This document shows positions 1 through 9,592 of a stretch of 32,000 nucleotides of DNA, piece by piece. Every line of letters begins with the position of its first letter. Position 1 is the stretch's first letter. The DNA is from Sulfolobus acidocaldarius DSM 639 (lineage in GTDB: Archaea > Thermoproteota > Thermoprotei_A > Sulfolobales > Sulfolobaceae), in the NCBI RefSeq assembly GCF_000012285.1, contig NC_007181.1, forward strand, positions 30,001-62,000, in the 5' to 3' direction. The notes below the pieces were generated by a model, which was not told the origin of the DNA, did no database searches, and worked only from the letters and a program-made list of their open reading frames with translations. The translations under genes and the position numbers were made by a program.

Positions 1-108
1 TATGGTAAGGAGCCTGAGGAGGTTAGAGGTACAGGAATTGCATGCCCAGTTTGTGGAGTAGAGATAGACGAATACGGTTATTGTGGATGTGGTTCGGGTT
101 CAGGGTAA
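1..108 (+). CDS. 3' end of a protein with a C-terminal zinc-ribbon-like motif (partial, enters from the left edge)
   Basis: Frame 1 reads [35 protein letters not shown] with stop at 106-108; CPVCG...CGCG cysteine cluster. Confidence 0.6.
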   Translation, partial: YGKEPEEVRGTGIACPVCGVEIDEYGYCGCGSGSG

Positions 109-139
109 TTTTTTATCTTTGAAATCATTTTTTGATATT

Positions 140-481
140 ATGATAATATTCTATGCGGTTGGTGAAAGAGACAGAGCTAAAGAGTTAGTTAGGATAATAA
201 CTAAAACAAGATGGAAAACAGTCTCAAAACATGCGATTAAAATAGCTAGTTCATCTGTAAGTGCTTCTATAGTTCTTTTTAAACCAACAAAATCGGGATT
301 AGCTGTTGCATTATGGTTAAAGCAAAAGGCTGAAGAGTTAGGAATGATAGCATCAGTTGGTTGGTTCACGGAGATCTCTGATGTACCGCCAGACGTTGAA
401 GAAGCGGTAAAGACAGATTTAAACAAACTACTTATGAGAGAACTGGAAGTTCCCTGGTCTCCAAAAGTCGTTCAGTCTTGA
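140..481 (+). CDS. Conserved-looking hypothetical protein, about 113 aa
   Basis: ORF track 83..481; the internal ATG at 140 (MIIFYAVGERDRAKELVRII...) avoids overlap with the upstream gene ending at 108. Overlaps the convergent gene by 50 bp. Confidence 0.55.
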   Translation: MIIFYAVGERDRAKELVRIITKTRWKTVSKHAIKIASSSVSASIVLFKPTKSGLAVALWLKQKAEELGMIASVGWFTEISDVPPDVEEAVKTDLNKLLMRELEVPWSPKVVQS

Positions 482-2186
482 CTTGTAACGTCTCATCACT
501 CTTTGTGATTATTACATAGTCCACTATTCCATTCAGGTACTTTAGTACTCTTGAGAACCTCTTCTGGTCGAATGTCATAAATGACTCATCAATTATGAAG
601 AATGGCGCTTTGAAGTATTCCTTCAGCCCTACTAGAATAAGTATTAAAGCTAACGTGGTTTTTTCTGATGTTGACAGTCTTCTTAACTCCATGGTTACTC
701 CATCTTTCTTTATTACTAATCTATACTTTTCATCTATCTCAGCAGTATAATTGAACTCTAATTCTTTCAATATACTATTCGATAATGTCTCAAATTCTTC
801 CTTAACTACAGTTAATCTTCTTATATACTCTCTATTTATATCATCTATCTGTTTGTTTATATCATCTATTTGCTTCTTAAGGCTTTCAATCTCCTCTGCA
901 ACCTTCTTAGGAATACCTAACTGCTGTAATTGAAGTTCTAAATCACTTCTCCTCTTTCTCAGTTCTTCAATTCTCTTGTCAATGTCATTATCTTTGCTCT
1001 CGACCTCATAAGTAGATTCTACTCTTTCTTCTAAACTCTTTAATTGTTTCTGCAAAGCCTCAATTGTTCTGTTTATTACACTTGCCTCAATATTCAGATT
1101 TTCCAGCGCTTTACTCTTTTGCGCAATTAACTCCTCAGTTCTTTCTATTTCTTTTACTTTCTGTAATAACTCGCTTCTTCTCATTTTTTTCTTGTTGATG
1201 TTGTTTATGATGTCATTCTTTGTACGGTCTAATTCATTAATATCCTTCTTTACGGTTTCAAACCTAACTTTCCATAAATCTGGCTCTACTTTACTTCCAC
1301 AAACTGGACACATACTGGAGTGTATTCTCTCCGCTTCTTGTATATCTTGTAATATTCTAGTTAATACACCTTGTTCAATCTCTATTGAGTTCTGTCTGTT
1401 AATTAGTGAGTCTAACTCTCTATCTATCTCCTGAATTTCTTTTGTTAATTTATCCTTTAATTCAATGTTAGCTTTTCCCTTAAGTTCCTCTAACTCTTGG
1501 GTTAGTTTTTGTATTTTAGTTTCTTTTTCTTTCAATTCTTTAATTTTAGCCTGTATACGTTCCCTTATTTCAACTATTCTATTCTGTCTTGTTATCTTTA
1601 TGGTCTGTTCCGTCTGTACCGTCACATTTTCCTTTTCCTTTTCGAGCCTTTCAATTTCCAGATTTATGTTCTCTAATTCATTAGCAATTTTCTTTATATC
1701 GTCATAAGTTCTCAAAAGATTGTTGTAGTTGCTCTTTACCTCTTCCAATTTCATGATCAGACTCTCTCTTCTTCGCTTTAACTCATCAATTCTTGATGTC
1801 GAAGATATAAACCACTCTATATTTTCGTCTCCTGTTATTATCCTGGCTATCAATGGGTTTTCAGGTGAGAAGTATGATAGTAATGTTGCGTTCTTGTCAT
1901 CGGCTATTAAATTCTTTTCTTCTAAAATTCTATTTTTTATTCTCTTTAGCCTTCTAAAATATTTCTTGCCGTCCATTTCAATCTCTACAAAACCTTCATC
2001 ACTAAATACATTCAAAAGATCCTCAGCTGTAATTTCGTTGGTCAATAAGGATACTAGGGCTTTCGACAGTGAGGTTTTACCGTAAGCGTTAGGCGCTCTG
2101 TATATAGTAATGCCTTTCTCTAGCGATAATACTAGCTCTCTATTTATACCACCAATATTTAATATTCTAACTTGCATTATGCACAC
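432..2186 (-). CDS. Rad50/SMC-like coiled-coil ATPase-fold protein with CPVCG zinc-hook-like motif and degenerate ATPase motifs
   Basis: 584 aa: N-terminal P-loop-like APNAYGKTS, long coiled coil, central CPVCG, C-terminal LSTSEKT (ABC signature position) and FFIIDE (Walker B). Confidence 0.8.
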   Translation of the reverse strand: MCIMQVRILNIGGINRELVLSLEKGITIYRAPNAYGKTSLSKALVSLLTNEITAEDLLNVFSDEGFVEIEMDGKKYFRRLKRIKNRILEEKNLIADDKNATLLSYFSPENPLIARIITGDENIEWFISSTSRIDELKRRRESLIMKLEEVKSNYNNLLRTYDDIKKIANELENINLEIERLEKEKENVTVQTEQTIKITRQNRIVEIRERIQAKIKELKEKETKIQKLTQELEELKGKANIELKDKLTKEIQEIDRELDSLINRQNSIEIEQGVLTRILQDIQEAERIHSSMCPVCGSKVEPDLWKVRFETVKKDINELDRTKNDIINNINKKKMRRSELLQKVKEIERTEELIAQKSKALENLNIEASVINRTIEALQKQLKSLEERVESTYEVESKDNDIDKRIEELRKRRSDLELQLQQLGIPKKVAEEIESLKKQIDDINKQIDDINREYIRRLTVVKEEFETLSNSILKELEFNYTAEIDEKYRLVIKKDGVTMELRRLSTSEKTTLALILILVGLKEYFKAPFFIIDESFMTFDQKRFSRVLKYLNGIVDYVIITKSDETLQVKTERLLETRELPVLS

Positions 2187-2385
2187 GTTAGACTTCTTTA
2201 CTTAAAAATATTACTCTCGAAACTCGGAGTTTGTTCTATGTTTTCAATCATATTATTATATTTTTTAAAAAGTAAAAATTCATTTGTATCAGAAAGTGTA
2301 TACTCACTCCATGTCAAAAGTTAGGGAGTTATGAATGATATTCACTTCAAATAAAATTTTGTTTCACTAAATTTAAAATAAGATT

Positions 2386-3312
2386 ATGGCTAAAAGAAAA
2401 GTCATATTCGACAGTGATACAGCAAGTGATGATACCATAGCACTTATGTTAGCATCAGATTTTTTTGAAGTAAAAGGAGTCACAATAGTAGCAGGTAACG
2501 TGAAATTTGAGAATGAAATTAGAAATGCCCTATTTACCTTAGAGTATTCTGGACTATCCGATATACCCGTATTTGTAGGAAGCAACAGACCAATTTTGGG
2601 TAAGTGGCGGACGGTGGAGGAAGTTCATGGTAAGAATGGAATGGGTGACTGGAAGATTTCTGAGCCCACTAAAAAACCAGAGAGTGAGCATGCTATAGAT
2701 GCCATAATAAGGCTTTCAAAAGAATATAATGGAGAGCTTGAAATCCTTGCGGTTTCACCTTTAACAAATCTGGCTCTTGCATATCTAAAAGACCATGATT
2801 TGGTGAAAAGAATTAGGAAGGTTTGGATAATGGGTGGGGCATTTTCCAAGGGCAATACTACTCCCCTAGCAGAGTTTAACTTCTGGGTTGATCCTGAGGC
2901 TGCAAATATCGTAGTTTCAGCTGGGTTTGATATAACAGTGGTACCCTGGGAAGTAACAGAGGAGTCTGCAACAATTTATGACAATGAATGGGAAAAAATT
3001 GAAAAATTGGGAAATAGAAGGTCGGAGTTTTTTATAAATGTAAACAGGGTTTTGCGGGAATATTCCAAATCTGTGGGATCTAAAGGGAGTGTTCATCCAG
3101 ACTCTTTAACCGTCTCAATTGCATATGATAATAGTTTAGCTCTATCATATGTCTACAAGAGTATATCTGTTGAGACATGTTCCGATTCAAGAGGGGCTAT
3201 GCTAGTTGATTGGTATAACCAGTTTAAGGATAGAAATTCAATACAAATAGTACTTAAGGCTGACGAAAAGAAGTTTAAGCAATACCTTTTTGATTATCTT
3301 TCCCGAGCTTAG
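2386..3312 (+). CDS. Inosine-uridine preferring nucleoside hydrolase family protein
   Basis: [23 protein letters not shown] (DxDxxxDD-type N-terminus), internal [21 protein letters not shown]. Confidence 0.9.
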   Translation: MAKRKVIFDSDTASDDTIALMLASDFFEVKGVTIVAGNVKFENEIRNALFTLEYSGLSDIPVFVGSNRPILGKWRTVEEVHGKNGMGDWKISEPTKKPESEHAIDAIIRLSKEYNGELEILAVSPLTNLALAYLKDHDLVKRIRKVWIMGGAFSKGNTTPLAEFNFWVDPEAANIVVSAGFDITVVPWEVTEESATIYDNEWEKIEKLGNRRSEFFINVNRVLREYSKSVGSKGSVHPDSLTVSIAYDNSLALSYVYKSISVETCSDSRGAMLVDWYNQFKDRNSIQIVLKADEKKFKQYLFDYLSRA

Positions 3313-3697
3313 AACAATTCGCTACAGTGACTATGTTTAGGCTTTTCACATCAATTCCTTTTTCAATTAATTGTTTATATACCTGGTCAAGATTAATATC
3401 GACGTCAATTATTGTATTTAGATCCTCACAATAAACATTTACGTGCAGGTCCCTCTTCATTTCGTACCAAGTAACTCCTCCTACCTCAAAGGAGTTCAAT
3501 AGACCAGCCTTTTCTAGGGCATTTAACGTATTGTAAACTGTCGATAAGCTTATTGTCGGTTCTATTTTTTTCAATTCGTTGTAAATCTGCTCTCCATTGA
3601 AATGTCCTCCATTATGGACTAGTTTAAGTATTGATATTCTTTGTGGGGTCGCTTTCAATCCGTGTGTTCTCAGCACATTTATGATTTCTGCTTCCAT
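3275..3697 (-). CDS. Fur/PerR-family metal/peroxide-type transcriptional regulator
   Basis: [19 protein letters not shown]...[36 protein letters not shown] is a classic Fur winged helix. The C-terminal half has single Cys residues where CxxC pairs are usual. Confidence 0.85.
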   Translation of the reverse strand: MEAEIINVLRTHGLKATPQRISILKLVHNGGHFNGEQIYNELKKIEPTISLSTVYNTLNALEKAGLLNSFEVGGVTWYEMKRDLHVNVYCEDLNTIIDVDINLDQVYKQLIEKGIDVKSLNIVTVANCSKLGKDNQKGIA

Positions 3698-3751
3698 CGT
3701 GTTATATAGGAACTCCGTAGAATTTAAAATTATTTTTTTCTCGGTACTCAG

Positions 3752-3770
3752 AATTATTTTAAAAATAATT
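3752..3770. promoter_or_regulatory. 19-bp inverted repeat, candidate Fur-family operator
   Basis: aattatttt-a-aaaataatt is a perfect 9-1-9 inverted repeat about 55 bp upstream of the start codon of the Fur-family gene. Confidence 0.5.
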
Positions 3771-4241
3771 TAAGTGATTTCAAATGTTTATTGGATAATA
3801 TTTTATTTCAATATAATACTCTATGTAAACCTCTAAGAATTCACAGTTTCAATGTAACAATCATGATTTTTTATATATAAAAACAACTGATATAATCTAG
3901 GAGATACATAGAATATATATTAAATATTGACATACACTGTAAATATATTTAATTTAACTTTTTGTTTATTAAAAAATCTAAAATCTATGAGTATACACTA
4001 TACTAAAAAACAAAGGTTTTGAGACTATTAGACTTTGATATGAAAATCACATGAATATGGATTTAAGGTAAAAGCTATTTTTCAGGGAAGGAATTATTTT
4101 CCTTAAAAATTACTAAATATTCATTCAAAAACTAGAATAAAAAGGGTATGGTGCTAAATTAAGTATATTTTAAGTGTAGTATTTTGATAAAATATTTGTA
4201 ATATTGGTATATAAGGCTGAGACGCGTTATAATTATATTAG

Positions 4242-4703
4242 ATGGAGCGGTTCAGAGAACTTTTAATTGATCTGTCTGTCTCACCTAAAATACAAAACTA
4301 TGAGCAAATAATTCAAGAAGGAAACAGGAAAAAGTATTCTTGCGGTAACTTCTATGAAGGAAAATGCAGAAAATATCTGGTAAATTCAGAAGCACCAGCA
4401 TTATGGATTTCAAATAACGAGATGGACCCACATCCAATTTTATGTTATATATGTCCCTATTTTTCTTTAAGACAAGATGATAGTAGAAGGGTAGCCTTCG
4501 ATCTGTTTGAGATCTTACTTTACTATGAAAGTCTAGGAGAACAAATAGAGAAGGAGTTAATAATTATGGATCAGAAGACTTCCCTTTCAAACCAGAATTT
4601 TTACATCAGAAGACGAAGAGAGGAACTAATTCACTTACTTGAGGAGACAAGATCTAAACTACGTATAAGTAAATTGTTGATCCAAATACTGTTTAAAAAA
4701 TAA
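4242..4703 (+). CDS. Hypothetical protein with C-x7-C and C-x2-C clusters
   Basis: 153 aa ORF (MERFRELLIDLSVSPK...); TATA-like tatataag about 25 bp upstream of ATG fits a leaderless transcript. Confidence 0.6.
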   Translation: MERFRELLIDLSVSPKIQNYEQIIQEGNRKKYSCGNFYEGKCRKYLVNSEAPALWISNNEMDPHPILCYICPYFSLRQDDSRRVAFDLFEILLYYESLGEQIEKELIIMDQKTSLSNQNFYIRRRREELIHLLEETRSKLRISKLLIQILFKK

Positions 4704-4766
4704 TTGTCGGTCCTCTGCTCATAGCGACCTGACAGTCCTACTTGCAGAGGCGATCCTGCCAAATAA
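4704..4766. ncRNA. Possible structured RNA or bidirectional 3'-end hairpin (unassigned)
   Basis: About 60% GC over 4708..4760 in an AT-rich genome; 7-bp perfect stem cctctgc (4712-4718) / gcagagg (4744-4750) around a 25-nt loop containing gac/gtc. Confidence 0.35.
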
Positions 4767-4783
4767 TTATTTGTGAAAACTAC

Positions 4784-5782
4784 TTAATAAAATTGGCTAG
4801 GCCACCAACTTATGTCTTTTCTTTTCATCTCAAGAATGCTGTAAATTCTCTCTCTATCCTCTTTACCAACCCTCACATCCTTATGAACCTTTATAAGCGG
4901 ATAAGGATATCCCTTCAGAGAAACGGGTTTTAGAACCTTTAAATACTCAAATATTTTGTCGGCATTGAAGAAATCTAATCTAAATAATCTTTCAGAAGGT
5001 TCTAATCTTAAATTCGTAAAATAGTAGTTTAAGCCTGATAACAATTTACTAGCCTTCCTTGATAAAATGTAATTTTCATCTATTTTCTTTTCTAGAATCT
5101 TTGAATAACCACAATTCTGCGTGAACAACTCTAGAATAGTTATATCGGAATAAGCCTGTTTGAATAAATCACTAGACTTACTGTTCTTAGAGATAAACAA
5201 TAGTTTATCTTTATATCTTGATACTAGTTCAGATAAAACTAATTGATTTTCAGCAATAAGGAATCTTAACATGTTATCTTCATCTTTTTCTTCCAATGAT
5301 AGTATCTTATCAATGCTAACTATATCATCTAATAAATCTACTTTCAATTCCGATTTATGCCTTCCTAATTTTTTACTAAAACTTCCATCTAGAAGAACAT
5401 AGTCAACATTTTCTACTAGTTTTAGTGCCAATTGTAATTCTAGCAGTTGCATCAATAATTCTATTCTTTCCTTGGCGTAATTACCTGGACTAAAAATATG
5501 AACTAATACCTTACCCTCACTATTTATTTCGTTTATTCCTTCAAATACTATCGCTTTAGCATTTACTATAAATATGACACCTTGCCTCGTTTCCTTAACC
5601 CACATACCTCCATCTATAGCCAATAACTTCTTACTATGTTCAACACTTTCAGGAGAGTAATTAATCCACAGTTCATTAAGAATACTTTCTACACTCTCGC
5701 TTAATTCCTTGTGTATTGTATAGGAATCCCTCATTATTTTCTCCTTCATTTTGATTAGTTCTTCATATGCCTTATCTATCAT
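4784..5782 (-). CDS. nurA: NurA 5'-3' nuclease
   Basis: 332 aa; LLAIDGGMWVKETRQG and VDYVLLDGSF acidic motifs; first-position neighbour of rad50-mre11-herA; overlaps rad50 by 11 bp. Confidence 0.92.
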   Translation of the reverse strand: MIDKAYEELIKMKEKIMRDSYTIHKELSESVESILNELWINYSPESVEHSKKLLAIDGGMWVKETRQGVIFIVNAKAIVFEGINEINSEGKVLVHIFSPGNYAKERIELLMQLLELQLALKLVENVDYVLLDGSFSKKLGRHKSELKVDLLDDIVSIDKILSLEEKDEDNMLRFLIAENQLVLSELVSRYKDKLLFISKNSKSSDLFKQAYSDITILELFTQNCGYSKILEKKIDENYILSRKASKLLSGLNYYFTNLRLEPSERLFRLDFFNADKIFEYLKVLKPVSLKGYPYPLIKVHKDVRVGKEDRERIYSILEMKRKDISWWPSQFY

Positions 5783-8432
5783 AACTTGACACCTCTACCT
5801 TACTAGTGTCTCCCTTCTTCTCTACTCTTATGATATAGTCGCCTGCCTGAATCAATTCTTGATCATGTGTGACTAAAATTATTTGAGGAACAATCTCTAT
5901 GGCACTTCGTATAACATCTATTAGTTCTTTTCTTCTATACTCATCAAGATTTACAGTAGGTTCATCAAGTATTAATGTGGAAAATTGATTCATAAGAGCT
6001 TTTGCAATAGCTAACCTCAATGCTAACGCAATGGAAATTCTTTCACCACCACTTAATGCATTTATGTGGATTTTTTGACCAGACGCAGTATAAACATATA
6101 ATTCAGATTTTCCAACGAAATCAATCTCTACCGCTGAGAAAGATAAATCAAATTTGGCTATTACTTCGTTCACATTATTCTCTATTTGATTCCTGACAAT
6201 ATTCATTATGTGGCTCTGGAGGTGCTTATTATCTAACACTTCCCTAAGTTTTTGAAGCTTGCTTATCCCTAGGTTTAACTTACTTTCCTCATTCATTTTA
6301 TTTCTTAATTCTTCTATGTTTCTCTCCTTTTCTTCTATGTTTTTTATCTTTTCTTCTAAGCTTCCCTTTATTTTACCTTTGTCTGCTTCAATACCTGATA
6401 AAATCTTGGAAAGTTTGTCTATAATCTCTTCTAACTGTTTATACCTTTTTTCACTGTATCCAAGTTCGCTGATACGGTTAAGTAACGCATCTTCTTCTTC
6501 CTTTAACTTTTCATACTCTTCCTTTAGTCCTTTCATTCTTGTAATTTCTTCCTTTAACCTCTCATACTCTATTTTAAGTTTCTCCAGTTCACTTATCCTC
6601 CTTCTTATTCTCTCTTCCAGACTGACAAGGGATTTTAAATCAGCTGGCAGAAATTGATATTTAGCCTTGTAATCATTATAACTCTTTTCTAATTCACTCA
6701 GTTTAGAGTTAAGCTCGTTCAGTCTTTGTTCTTGTTCCTGTATGTCTTCTTCAAGTATATCAGAATTCTTAAGATACTCCTCGTGGTAATCAATAAGCTC
6801 TTTCTCTTTTTCTGCTATATTCTCAAATTCTTGATGATATGATAAAAGTGAGAGGATTTCATTTTGTAACTTATTTTTCTCTTCCTCTAGTCGTTGTAAC
6901 TCTTTGAGTTTAGCTTCATATATACCTTTCTCTTTACTCCTTTTCTGCAACTCTAACTGTAATTTATTTCTAGTGGCTTCCAGCTCTTCTCTTTCTTTAA
7001 TTAGAGAATTTATTCTAGCTTGAAGAGCAGTAATCTGTTTGTTTAGCTCAAGCAATTGTACTTTTATTTCCTCCCTGATTTTCGCTTTATGCTCACTATC
7101 TAAAGGTCTTCCACAAATGGGGCATCTATCGTCTTCAATTGAATTTAAATTATTGTAAATCTTGAGTGTCTGTTCCTTTCTTCCATTTAGGTCTCCTCTT
7201 CTGTCCAAAAGTCCCTTAAGTTCATTGTCTATTTGGTTAATTCTATCACTTACATCCTTGATTTTATTCTCTAGATCTTGTGTGTCTACATAGTTAAGTT
7301 TCTCTATTTCATTCTTTTGTCTTTCAATATTTTTTAGCACGTATGTAAGTCTCTTTTCTATTTCTTCGTATTGTTTTTCTTTCTCTTCTAACTCTTTCTT
7401 TCTCTTTTCTATTTCTTCGTATTGTTTTTCTTTCTCTTCTAACTCTTTCTTTCTCTTCAACTTCTCTTTCTTTCTTTTTAGGTCATTTTCTACCACATTT
7501 ATTTGGGATTTTAAAGAATCTATCTGAACAAGAATACTCTTAAAACTACTTATTGTGTTGATTTTCTCTCTGTTCTCGTCTAATTCTTTAACTTCTGTCT
7601 CTATTTTATTATATCTTTTTTCCTTTTCTTCAAAATCCTTTAGCCTTAAAGCGATCTCTTCAATTTTTTTATTTACAACACTTAATTCCCCTGATAAGAT
7701 ATCATATTGAACCTTAATTTCTTTAATTCTATTAAATTCTGTGTTATATTGATTTAGTTCATCCTCTTTCTCTTTAGCTTCTCTCTCTATGTTTTCTAGT
7801 TTTACCTTAATTTCTTCTATTTCTTTTTTTAGTCTGTCTATTTCAGCTTCTTCCCTCTTTAGTATATCCTTTATACTTTGTAAGCTTCTTATTCTATCGG
7901 TTAATACTTTTATTAAGGAGTGTATAGGTCCATTACTTTCTCTGAGCATCTCTAATTTGTTTATTTTTAGCAATTCTTTCATGACCTCAGGAAAGTCAGA
8001 AAATACGCTTTCTACACTACCTTGACCTATAATTGTTGTAGACATCAAAATTTTATGATCGAAGCCCAGGATCTCCTTTATCTTGTTATTAACAGTCGTA
8101 GATTGTCTAGCTAGTGTTATGATCTTTCCTTCCTTTAACAAAGATATTGTGTCCCTGCTTGTCTCACCTACATTTCTATCTATAAGGTATGTGTCGCCAT
8201 TGATCTCGAATTTTATTGAAACTTGTCCGCTTTTCTTTCCTTTCTTTATGAGCTCTTCATTTTTACCTATGTCCCTATTGGTTCTCTTGAACAATCCAAA
8301 TAGTATCCCGTCTATTATCGAACTTTTTCCGGCACCATTGTTTCCAATTATGACATTTATACTGCCCTCAAACTTAACTGTAGTATCTTCATGACTAAGG
8401 AAGTTTTGTAATCTTATCTCTCTGATTATCAT
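5772..8432 (-). CDS. rad50: DNA double-strand break repair Rad50 ATPase
   Basis: 886 aa; Walker A IIGNNGAGKSS, zinc hook CPICGRPL, signature LSGGERISIALALRLA, Walker B STLILDEPTVNLDE, VTHD. Confidence 0.98.
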   Translation of the reverse strand: MIIREIRLQNFLSHEDTTVKFEGSINVIIGNNGAGKSSIIDGILFGLFKRTNRDIGKNEELIKKGKKSGQVSIKFEINGDTYLIDRNVGETSRDTISLLKEGKIITLARQSTTVNNKIKEILGFDHKILMSTTIIGQGSVESVFSDFPEVMKELLKINKLEMLRESNGPIHSLIKVLTDRIRSLQSIKDILKREEAEIDRLKKEIEEIKVKLENIEREAKEKEDELNQYNTEFNRIKEIKVQYDILSGELSVVNKKIEEIALRLKDFEEKEKRYNKIETEVKELDENREKINTISSFKSILVQIDSLKSQINVVENDLKRKKEKLKRKKELEEKEKQYEEIEKRKKELEEKEKQYEEIEKRLTYVLKNIERQKNEIEKLNYVDTQDLENKIKDVSDRINQIDNELKGLLDRRGDLNGRKEQTLKIYNNLNSIEDDRCPICGRPLDSEHKAKIREEIKVQLLELNKQITALQARINSLIKEREELEATRNKLQLELQKRSKEKGIYEAKLKELQRLEEEKNKLQNEILSLLSYHQEFENIAEKEKELIDYHEEYLKNSDILEEDIQEQEQRLNELNSKLSELEKSYNDYKAKYQFLPADLKSLVSLEERIRRRISELEKLKIEYERLKEEITRMKGLKEEYEKLKEEEDALLNRISELGYSEKRYKQLEEIIDKLSKILSGIEADKGKIKGSLEEKIKNIEEKERNIEELRNKMNEESKLNLGISKLQKLREVLDNKHLQSHIMNIVRNQIENNVNEVIAKFDLSFSAVEIDFVGKSELYVYTASGQKIHINALSGGERISIALALRLAIAKALMNQFSTLILDEPTVNLDEYRRKELIDVIRSAIEIVPQIILVTHDQELIQAGDYIIRVEKKGDTSKVEVSSYDR
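7351..7452. repeat. Two perfect tandem copies of a 51-bp unit in the rad50 coiled coil
   Basis: 7351-7401 and 7402-7452 identical; translated as KKELEEKEKQYEEIEKR repeated twice. Confidence 0.9.
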
Positions 8433-9592
8433 TTGTCCTCAACACCTGCAAATTTTTTCAAAAGTTCTTCTACCTTTTTCTCGTCCTCTTCGTTTATAAT
8501 ATCAATAATTATCTTAGTTTCTTCATCAGTGTATCCTATGCCTTTAAGGTAGTCAGCTATTATATCGTTCAGAGAAGAGTATGTTGTTTTAAGTTTTGTC
8601 TTAAGGTTTTCCTCCTTAATACTCACAATGTTATTCTTATATATTCTATAATGTTCCACATAATCCCTTAAAGCCTGTAACTTAGTCATTAAAACGTCCT
8701 TTCTTATAGGTACAGTTCCCTCTAGTTCTATATGTAGAATTGGTTTTTTGTCGTTTTTCACGTTCTCCTTCAATTTTTGTATGACACTTTCTATAGACTG
8801 TTCAATTTTGTCCACGTTAATGTCTAGAACTAACTGATCTCTTATGTTGACGTTAATGTAGTTAATACTCGGTAAATCTCCTGACATATCGATTAATGTT
8901 GCCCCCTTTTTACTCTTCTGATAATCCTCGATTTCCTCTTCTCTCATTATATCAGGTGAACCAGCTATTTCAATAAGAGCTCCTCCATCTAGATAGTCTT
9001 TCCTTCTTGAATGAAGATGACCAACTGCATACAAACTAAATCCTTTAGGCAAGTCAGATAACTCAATTTGCCATGCCCCTTGATATGGTAAGTAGGTTCT
9101 AATTCCCTGATGTAGCATCAGTATGCTTTTTCTCGTTTCCGGTTTAACTTTGCTTAGCTGTTCTTTCAAGTCATTAACAGATACATTTGAAATGTGAGAA
9201 ATTCCATATACTTCAACGTTTTCTAACTTAACCCTGTTATCTATTTTTTGTAGGATTTTTATCAGATTAAATTCTTCTAGTATTCGTTGTGGGTATATTT
9301 CTTCTTTTCTTTTCGGGGAATCATGATCTCCTGCTATACATATAAAAGGAATATTGTGGTCTTTAAGCCTCTTAAGTTCCTTTATTGCATGGAGTTTTGC
9401 TCTATTAGGCGGGTTATTCACGTCAAATAAATCTCCTGTATGAATTACTGCTTTAACATGTTCATTAATTGCTATATCAATTAGTTGTGTAAATGTGTCA
9501 TAAACATCTTTTTCCCTAGATTCAAGGTTGTACTGTCTTTTACCTAGATGAGTGTCTGAAATATGAAGTAATTGCATAATATCTAACCCCAA
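8429..9592 (-). CDS. mre11: Mre11 nuclease
   Basis: 387 aa; MQLLHISDTHLGKRQYN, HTGDLFD, AGDHDSP, YAVGHLHSR phosphodiesterase motifs. Confidence 0.98.
   Translation of the reverse strand: MGLDIMQLLHISDTHLGKRQYNLESREKDVYDTFTQLIDIAINEHVKAVIHTGDLFDVNNPPNRAKLHAIKELKRLKDHNIPFICIAGDHDSPKRKEEIYPQRILEEFNLIKILQKIDNRVKLENVEVYGISHISNVSVNDLKEQLSKVKPETRKSILMLHQGIRTYLPYQGAWQIELSDLPKGFSLYAVGHLHSRRKDYLDGGALIEIAGSPDIMREEEIEDYQKSKKGATLIDMSGDLPSINYINVNIRDQLVLDINVDKIEQSIESVIQKLKENVKNDKKPILHIELEGTVPIRKDVLMTKLQALRDYVEHYRIYKNNIVSIKEENLKTKLKTTYSSLNDIIADYLKGIGYTDEETKIIIDIINEEDEKKVEELLKKFAGVEDK

Noticed and set aside
751-2085. Plus-strand ORFs antisense to the Rad50/SMC-like gene
   Set aside because: Same antisense composition artefact; no start/promoter context.
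4742-4933. Plus 63-aa ORF
   Set aside because: Antisense to the 3' end of nurA and starts within the GC-rich hairpin element.
5772-9592. Plus-strand ORFs inside nurA/rad50/mre11/herA (e.g. 6259..6657, 7789..8025, 8083..8394, 9686..9898)
   Set aside because: Low-complexity Ser/Leu/Phe-rich translations typical of the antisense of Glu/Lys-rich coiled coils; fully overlapped by clearly conserved genes.
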